Of a DNA stretch of 47,755 bases, positions 42,694 to 47,755 are shown piece after piece (the stretch's first letter is position 1; each line of letters starts with the position of its first letter). Below the pieces are notes generated by a model. It was not told where the DNA came from and searched no databases. It saw only the letters and a list, made by a program, of their open reading frames with translations. The translations under genes were made by a program, and so were the position numbers. This stretch comes from Pirellulales bacterium (GTDB lineage: Bacteria; Planctomycetota; Planctomycetia; Pirellulales; UBA1268): positions 1-47,755 of the forward strand of contig JBBAVO010000001.1 in the NCBI GenBank assembly GCA_040397635.1. Reading direction: 5' to 3'.

Positions 42694-44901
42694 TTAGCGG
42701 TTGCGCCGCTTCTTGCCGGCGCGTTTGCCCGACTTCCCCGCGGCCGGCGGGCGGGACGACTTCCCCTGCGCCTTCCCATACGATTGTTTCGGTGACTTTT
42801 TCTTGCCCGCGTTCGTGCTGGCGGTCTTGCCAGGCGCCTGCGGAGCACGGCCGGCGCGACGGCGGAAGCGGCCCCCGCGTTCGACGAGGCGGAAGTCGAG
42901 GGTTCGCCGATCCAGATCGACGCGAAACACCGTGACACGGACCCGGTCGCCCAGCCGAAATGAGTTGCCTGCGCGGCGGCCGATGAGCGTGTGGCTGACG
43001 CGTTCGTATCGGTAGCTGTCGTCCGGGAGTGATTCGAGCGCGACGAGGCCTTCGGCAGGCAGTTCAAGCCCCTGCACGAACAGACCGAACGACTCGACGC
43101 CGGTGACCACCGCGTCCATCTCCTGGCCGGTGCGGGAACTGAGGAAGAGCAGCAGTTTGAGCTTCACGAGCTCCCGTTCGGCCGCCTCTGCCCGACGTTC
43201 CAGAAGCGAGCATTCCTCGCCCAGCCGCGGCAGCCCTTCGGCCGCCGCCCGGCGGCCGCGTGCCAGCAGGTCGAGCGCCCGGTGGACGGTGAGGTCGGGA
43301 TAGCGGCGGATGGGCGACGTGTAGTGGCAGTAGCAGTCGCTGGCCAACGCATAGTGGCCATTCTCCTGCGGCCCATAGACGGCCCGCGAGAGGCTGCGGA
43401 GCACGGCGTAGTGAACGGCATGCTCCTCGGGACGTCCCCGCGCCATGTCGAGCAGCCGCTGGAGTTCAAAGCGGCTCTCGAGGGTATCCACCTCGAAGCC
43501 GAGTTCCGAGACGAACTCCGTCAACTGCCGCAGCTTGCGGGGATCGGGGGCGGGATGGATCCGCCGCAGAAACCCGGAGCCGGCCGCAGCCAACATCCCG
43601 GCCACAGCCTCGTTGGCGGCGAGCATGAACTCCTCGATGATCTGGTGGCTCTCCGTGTTTTCCACCACATGCGCGCCGCTCACGCGGCCGTCGCGATCGA
43701 GATCGATCTTCACCTCGGGCATCGCGAGTTCAAGCGATCCGCGGGCCATTCGCCGGCTGCGGAGCATCCTCGCCAGATCCCGCATGCGGCCGAGCAACGC
43801 CCGCACGGCCCCCGTCATCTCCAAGGCGGCAGTCTCTGGGTCGGCCAGAAACAGATCGACTTCTTCGTAGGTGAACCGCCGCTGGCTTTTGATCGCCGAC
43901 CGCTCCTCCTCGGCATGCACCGGAATCCCTTCGGGCGAGAACTCGATCCAGCAGGTCCGCGCATACCGCACCCGATCCGGCTGCAGGCTGGCCAGATTGT
44001 TGGAGACGATCTCGGGCAGCATCGGAATCACGCGGTCGGGCAGGTAGACGCTCGTGCCACGGGCGCGGGCCTCCTGGTCGAGCGGCGACCCCTCCTCCAC
44101 GAAGTGCGAGACATCGGCGATGTGCACGCCGAGCAGCCAGTGGCCCCGGTCGATCCGTTCCAGCGAGATCGCGTCGTCGAAGTCGCGGGCGTCAACCGGA
44201 TCGATCGTCACGATCACGCGGTCGGTGAGATCCCGGCGTCCGGCAGGCACCTCCTCCCGGAATCGCTCCGCCTGCCGGCGGGCCTCGGCGAGCGCCCCTT
44301 CGGGAAACGGGCCGGGCAGGGCAAACTCATGGATCACCGTGAGCGTATCGACCCCGGCCTCGCCGGCGGCCCCGAGCACCTCGACGATCACGCCCTCACC
44401 CTCGCGGAGGTGCGACGGGAATCGCACCATCTCCACGACCACCTTGTCGTTCTCGCGAACCCCCTTGGCACCCGGATCGCCGACAGACACCGGCCGGGCG
44501 AAATTCGTACCGTCGATCCGCACCCAGCCGCTACCGGCCGCCTCAAAATAGCTGCCCACGAAGCGGGTGGTGCGGCGCGTGACGACCTCCACGATCTCAC
44601 CCGCCGGCCCGGGGCGACGGACATCGCGTCCCCGGGCGAGCCGCACGCGGACGGTGTCTCCGGTGGCGGCATCGAGTGCGGAGGCCGCCGAGATGTGCAC
44701 GTCACCCGAACGGTCGCCGGCGGTTGCCTCCAACGGCCTGACAAATCCGTAGCCCCCGGCAGCACGCCGGAAGATGCCAACCACGTCGTGCCGCTGCGGT
44801 TCACGGCCTCCGCCAGCAGAAGATTCCGAAGAGGATGCACCGCCCGTTCCGCCGAACGACTGCCGCTGGCGACCATCGTGAGGTGGGCGGAACCGGCCCA
44901 T
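42694..44901 (-). CDS. rnr: ribonuclease R
   Basis: Cold-shock/OB N-terminus (GYGFVRP), RNB domain motifs IDPVDARDFDDAISLE, SVYLPDRVIPMLP, HYALASDCYCHYTSPIRRYPDL, an S1 domain (GVESFGLFVQG), and a Lys/Arg-rich tail. Confidence 0.9.
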   Translation of the reverse strand: MGRFRPPHDGRQRQSFGGTGGASSSESSAGGGREPQRHDVVGIFRRAAGGYGFVRPLEATAGDRSGDVHISAASALDAATGDTVRVRLARGRDVRRPGPAGEIVEVVTRRTTRFVGSYFEAAGSGWVRIDGTNFARPVSVGDPGAKGVRENDKVVVEMVRFPSHLREGEGVIVEVLGAAGEAGVDTLTVIHEFALPGPFPEGALAEARRQAERFREEVPAGRRDLTDRVIVTIDPVDARDFDDAISLERIDRGHWLLGVHIADVSHFVEEGSPLDQEARARGTSVYLPDRVIPMLPEIVSNNLASLQPDRVRYARTCWIEFSPEGIPVHAEEERSAIKSQRRFTYEEVDLFLADPETAALEMTGAVRALLGRMRDLARMLRSRRMARGSLELAMPEVKIDLDRDGRVSGAHVVENTESHQIIEEFMLAANEAVAGMLAAAGSGFLRRIHPAPDPRKLRQLTEFVSELGFEVDTLESRFELQRLLDMARGRPEEHAVHYAVLRSLSRAVYGPQENGHYALASDCYCHYTSPIRRYPDLTVHRALDLLARGRRAAAEGLPRLGEECSLLERRAEAAERELVKLKLLLFLSSRTGQEMDAVVTGVESFGLFVQGLELPAEGLVALESLPDDSYRYERVSHTLIGRRAGNSFRLGDRVRVTVFRVDLDRRTLDFRLVERGGRFRRRAGRAPQAPGKTASTNAGKKKSPKQSYGKAQGKSSRPPAAGKSGKRAGKKRRNR

Positions 44902-44935
44902 GAGACACCTGCAACGCCTTTCCAGGCCGACGGCG

Positions 44936-46018
44936 TCAGCCGCGGCCCTTGAAGAACTTCCGACCCAGATTGGCGTGGTATTGCGTCCATCCGCCGTCGA
45001 GTGCGGACTCGTTTTGCATCAACTGCAGCGTGCCCGCCATCCGCGCGTCGAGCTGGTCCAGATGGTGCAGGGCGATCGCTTCGAGCGTCATCGGGAGCTT
45101 GGGCGCGCCGAAGGCATATTCCCCGTGGTGGCTGGCGATCATGTGCTTGATCCGTATCGCCGTCTCGGCATCGAACACGCTGCCGGTGCGGTCCTCGACG
45201 GCACGGATCTTCTCGTCCACCAGTTCCAGCCCGAGGAGCACATGGCCAAGCAACTGGCCGGCGTCGGTGTAGGAAAAGCCCCGTTCGCTCTCGAGTTCCA
45301 GCGTCTTGCCGATGTCGTGCAGGAGCACGCCCACGAGCAGCAGGTCGCGGTTGACCGCGGGATAGCGAGGCGCCATGGTATCAGCCAGATGCAGCAGATT
45401 GACGACGTGTTCGAGCAGTCCGCCGCCGTAGGCGTGATGCTGCTTCACCCCCGCGGGGCTCCGTTTGAACGCGGCCATCAGATCGGCATCCGCCAGCACC
45501 TCGTCTACCAAGCGGCGAATCGGCTCGGAGCGGATCGTCCCGAGCACACCGGTCAGCTCACCCATCAGCCGCTCGACGTCGGCGGTCGAGAGCACGCAGA
45601 ATTCAGACTCATCGACCGACCGGGGATCGACCCGGCTGATCGCCGTGATGATGATCTGCAAGGCTCCCGAATAGAGCTGCACCGTTCCCTCGACACGGAC
45701 GTAATCCCCTTCGTCGAAGGCTTCGAAGTCGTCGTCGGAGGCGTTCCACATGCGGCCGGTGATGGCCCCGCTGCGATCGGCCAGTTCCACCTGCAAATAG
45801 AGCTGACCGTTGCGATTGGGCCTCAGTTGCTTCCGCGTCGCCAGAAACACCTGTTCGATCTGGGCTCCGCCGGCGAGTTCCGTGATTCGCTTGCGGCCTG
45901 AGCCACCGCGGCGGATGGGCCCCTTGGCAGCCAACGATTCGCCGCGCGGGTCGGCATCGCGGCCGGGGAATGGGGCAGTGGACATGCGTGGGCTCGAGGG
46001 GCCGTGAAGAGGTGGCAT
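44936..46018 (-). CDS. yhaM: YhaM-like 3'-5' exoribonuclease (OB-fold plus HD domain)
   Basis: An N-terminal OB-fold segment (LYLQVELADRSGAITGRMWN...GDYVRVEGTV) and an HD domain (GGLLEHV...VGVLLHDIGK...IASHHG). Start uncertain. A 34-nt gap separates it from rnr. Confidence 0.65.
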   Translation of the reverse strand: MPPLHGPSSPRMSTAPFPGRDADPRGESLAAKGPIRRGGSGRKRITELAGGAQIEQVFLATRKQLRPNRNGQLYLQVELADRSGAITGRMWNASDDDFEAFDEGDYVRVEGTVQLYSGALQIIITAISRVDPRSVDESEFCVLSTADVERLMGELTGVLGTIRSEPIRRLVDEVLADADLMAAFKRSPAGVKQHHAYGGGLLEHVVNLLHLADTMAPRYPAVNRDLLLVGVLLHDIGKTLELESERGFSYTDAGQLLGHVLLGLELVDEKIRAVEDRTGSVFDAETAIRIKHMIASHHGEYAFGAPKLPMTLEAIALHHLDQLDARMAGTLQLMQNESALDGGWTQYHANLGRKFFKGRG

Positions 46019-46166
46019 GGGAACGATGACGTGCGCCCAAAGTCTAGCAGACGTTTGAAAAACTCCCGCATTGGATGCGGCGATGACCGCCGCCGGCGCG
46101 AAAGACTACAATCCGCGGCCTCTCGGCCCGCCGCCCTCAAGCCTCGCACAGCCCCTGGAGCCCATC

Positions 46167-47678
46167 ATGCCTGACCATGCCATCTCGCCCATCCGCAGTC
46201 AGGACTACCCGGAGTGGTATCAGCAGGTCGTCCGCGCGGCCGACCTCGCCGAACAGTCGCCGGTCCGCGGCTGCATGGTGATCAAGCCGCACGGCTACGC
46301 CATCTGGGAACGGATGCAGACCATCCTCGACCGCATGTTCAAGGCGACGGGACATCAGAACGCCTACTTCCCACTCTTCATTCCGCTCTCCTATCTGGAA
46401 CAGGAGGCGAAGCATGTCGAGGGCTTCGCGAAGGAGTGTGCCGTCGTCACGCACCACCGGCTCGAACTCGGGCCCGACGGCAAGCTGATCCCCACGGGCA
46501 AGCTCGAGGAGCCGCTCGTGGTGCGGCCGACGAGCGAGACGATCATCGGCGCGATGTACGCGAAGTGGGTGCAGTCGTGGCGGGACCTGCCGGTGCTGAT
46601 CAACCAGTGGGCCAACGTCGTGCGGTGGGAGATGCGGCCCCGGCTGTTTCTGCGGACGGCGGAATTTCTCTGGCAGGAGGGGCACACCGCCCACGCCACC
46701 CGCGACGAGGCGGTTGAGGAGACACTGAGGATGCTCGACGTCTATGCCACCTTCGCCGAACGTGACTTGGCGATGCCGGTGCTCAAGGGGCCCAAACCTT
46801 CAGGCGAACGGTTCCCGGGCGCCGTGGACACCTTTTCGATCGAGGCGATGATGCAGGACGGCAAGGCACTTCAGGCCGGCACGTCGCACTTCCTCGGCCA
46901 GAACTTCGCACAGGCCCAGGGCATCAAGTTCTCCAACTCGAGCGGCGTGGAGGAGTTCTGCTGGACGACGTCGTGGGGCGTGTCCACGAGGCTGATCGGT
47001 GCCGTGATCATGACGCACTCCGACGACGACGGCCTCTGCCTGCCGCCGCGGATCGCGCCGACGCAGGTGATACTCCTGCCGATCCACCGCACCGATGAGG
47101 AGCGGGCGGCCGTGCTGGCCTGCTGCAAGCAATTGGAGGCCGATCTGGCCAACTCGCGGTTCGGCGACGAGCCGATTCGCGTGCGGATCGATGCCCGCGA
47201 CATGCGGGGTGGCGACAAGGTCTGGCAGCACGTGAAGCAGGGAGTTCCGCTCCGCGTGGAGATCGGCCCGCGGGACCTGGCGGCCGGCGCCGTGAGCGTG
47301 TCGCGTCGCGACCGGGGCCCCCGCGAGCGGGCAGCCATGCCGCTGGCGCAGTTCGTGGCAGAAGCGGCGGGTCTGCTCGACGACATCCAGCGTGGCATGT
47401 TCGATCGGGCGAAGGCCTTTCGCGATCAGCACTCGGTGCGGCTGGGCAGCACCGCCGAGGTGGTGGAATTTTTCGAGCGGCCGGCGGAGAAGGGGAGCCC
47501 TGTGCAGGGCGGCTTTGCCCACGTGCACGTGGCCGACGACCCGGCGGTGACGGCAATGTTCGATCCCCTGAAGGTGACAGTGCGGTGCATTCCGCTGGAA
47601 GGCAACGACGATCCCGGCATCTGCATCGTTACGGGCCGGCCTGTGACGGGGCGGAGCGTCCTGGCGCGGTCCTACTAG
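46167..47678 (+). CDS. proS: prolyl-tRNA synthetase, archaeal/eukaryotic-like type (no INS editing insertion)
   Basis: ATG at 46167. DYPEWYQQV, GCMVIKPHGYAIWE, RPTSETIIGAMY, FLRTAEFLWQEGHTAH, GTSHFLGQNF, and a terminal ...ARSY* (the C-terminal Tyr typical of this ProRS type). Confidence 0.9.
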   Translation: MPDHAISPIRSQDYPEWYQQVVRAADLAEQSPVRGCMVIKPHGYAIWERMQTILDRMFKATGHQNAYFPLFIPLSYLEQEAKHVEGFAKECAVVTHHRLELGPDGKLIPTGKLEEPLVVRPTSETIIGAMYAKWVQSWRDLPVLINQWANVVRWEMRPRLFLRTAEFLWQEGHTAHATRDEAVEETLRMLDVYATFAERDLAMPVLKGPKPSGERFPGAVDTFSIEAMMQDGKALQAGTSHFLGQNFAQAQGIKFSNSSGVEEFCWTTSWGVSTRLIGAVIMTHSDDDGLCLPPRIAPTQVILLPIHRTDEERAAVLACCKQLEADLANSRFGDEPIRVRIDARDMRGGDKVWQHVKQGVPLRVEIGPRDLAAGAVSVSRRDRGPRERAAMPLAQFVAEAAGLLDDIQRGMFDRAKAFRDQHSVRLGSTAEVVEFFERPAEKGSPVQGGFAHVHVADDPAVTAMFDPLKVTVRCIPLEGNDDPGICIVTGRPVTGRSVLARSY

Positions 47679-47738
47679 ATACACGAAAAACACGACATCG
47701 TGTCGTTTTTTCTTGGCAAACGCAGTTTGCTGGTGCTG
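47679..47738 (+). repeat. 58-nt two-hairpin repeat (plus AT prefix), copy directly after the proS stop codon
   Basis: Starts at the first base after TAG (47676-47678). Shares its first 18 nt with the mcsB-downstream copy and 48/58 nt with the xerD-downstream copy. Confidence 0.85.
47692..47711 (+). terminator. putative bidirectional intrinsic terminator after proS (hairpin 1 of the repeat)
   Basis: AAAAAC-ACGACA-TCG-TGTCGT-TTTTT has a 6-bp stem and 3-nt loop. It is flanked by an A-tract upstream and a T-tract downstream. Confidence 0.55.
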
Positions 47739-47755
47739 CGCTTCGCATCCATGCG

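Noticed and set aside
41230-45901. Plus-strand ORFs of 383 aa (41230..42381), 556 aa (43282..44952) and 333 aa (44900..45901).
   Set aside because: They are antisense to gcvT, rnr and the yhaM-like gene respectively. No motifs, and Arg/His/Gly-rich shadow-frame composition.
1-47755. Scan of all intergenic spacers for rRNA, tRNA, tmRNA, IS elements and prophage genes.
   Set aside because: No spacer exceeds about 290 nt and none shows a cloverleaf or rRNA-like sequence. No transposase, integrase (other than XerD) or phage structural gene motifs were seen.

Overview
This is a 47.8-kb, visibly high-GC (about two-thirds G+C by eye) chromosomal window. The gene content suggests a Planctomycetota (Pirellulales-like) genome: Tat-signal DUF3500-like protein, many TPR lipoproteins, ExbB/ExbD without TonB, an McsA/McsB pair, and Arg/Pro/Gly-rich tails on housekeeping proteins. 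That taxonomic call is inference only. I support 43 protein-coding genes, mostly core metabolism and information processing: alaS fragment, tpx, manA-like, rluB, pyrK, rpsT, cobA-hemD fusion, coaD, mcsAB, trpE, trpBA, mutM, metH, xerD, serA, serC, gcvTH plus a lipoate ligase, rnr, yhaM-like and proS. I found no rRNA, tRNA, CRISPR array, transposase or prophage genes. All homology calls come from reading motifs in the supplied translations, with no database search, and many start codons are best guesses. High GC produces many long antisense shadow ORFs, which I rejected. Four things are most worth a second look. (1) A compact orphan operon at 20961-22760 encodes a single-pass membrane protein, a BY-kinase/MinD-like P-loop protein with Lys->Arg in Walker A, and an ExeA/GspA-like AAA ATPase. 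(2) A TonB-less ExbB-ExbD-ExbD motor operon at 28024-34483 is led by two secreted TPR proteins. (3) A roughly 58-nt two-hairpin repeat sits directly after stop codons, in two full copies with compensatory stem changes plus one partial copy, next to a REP-like palindrome cluster after xerD. (4) An FHA protein, a small conserved basic protein and a TPR lipoprotein form a trio at 37892-39946. An orphan ABC ATPase with degenerate catalytic motifs lies inside the split trp cluster.
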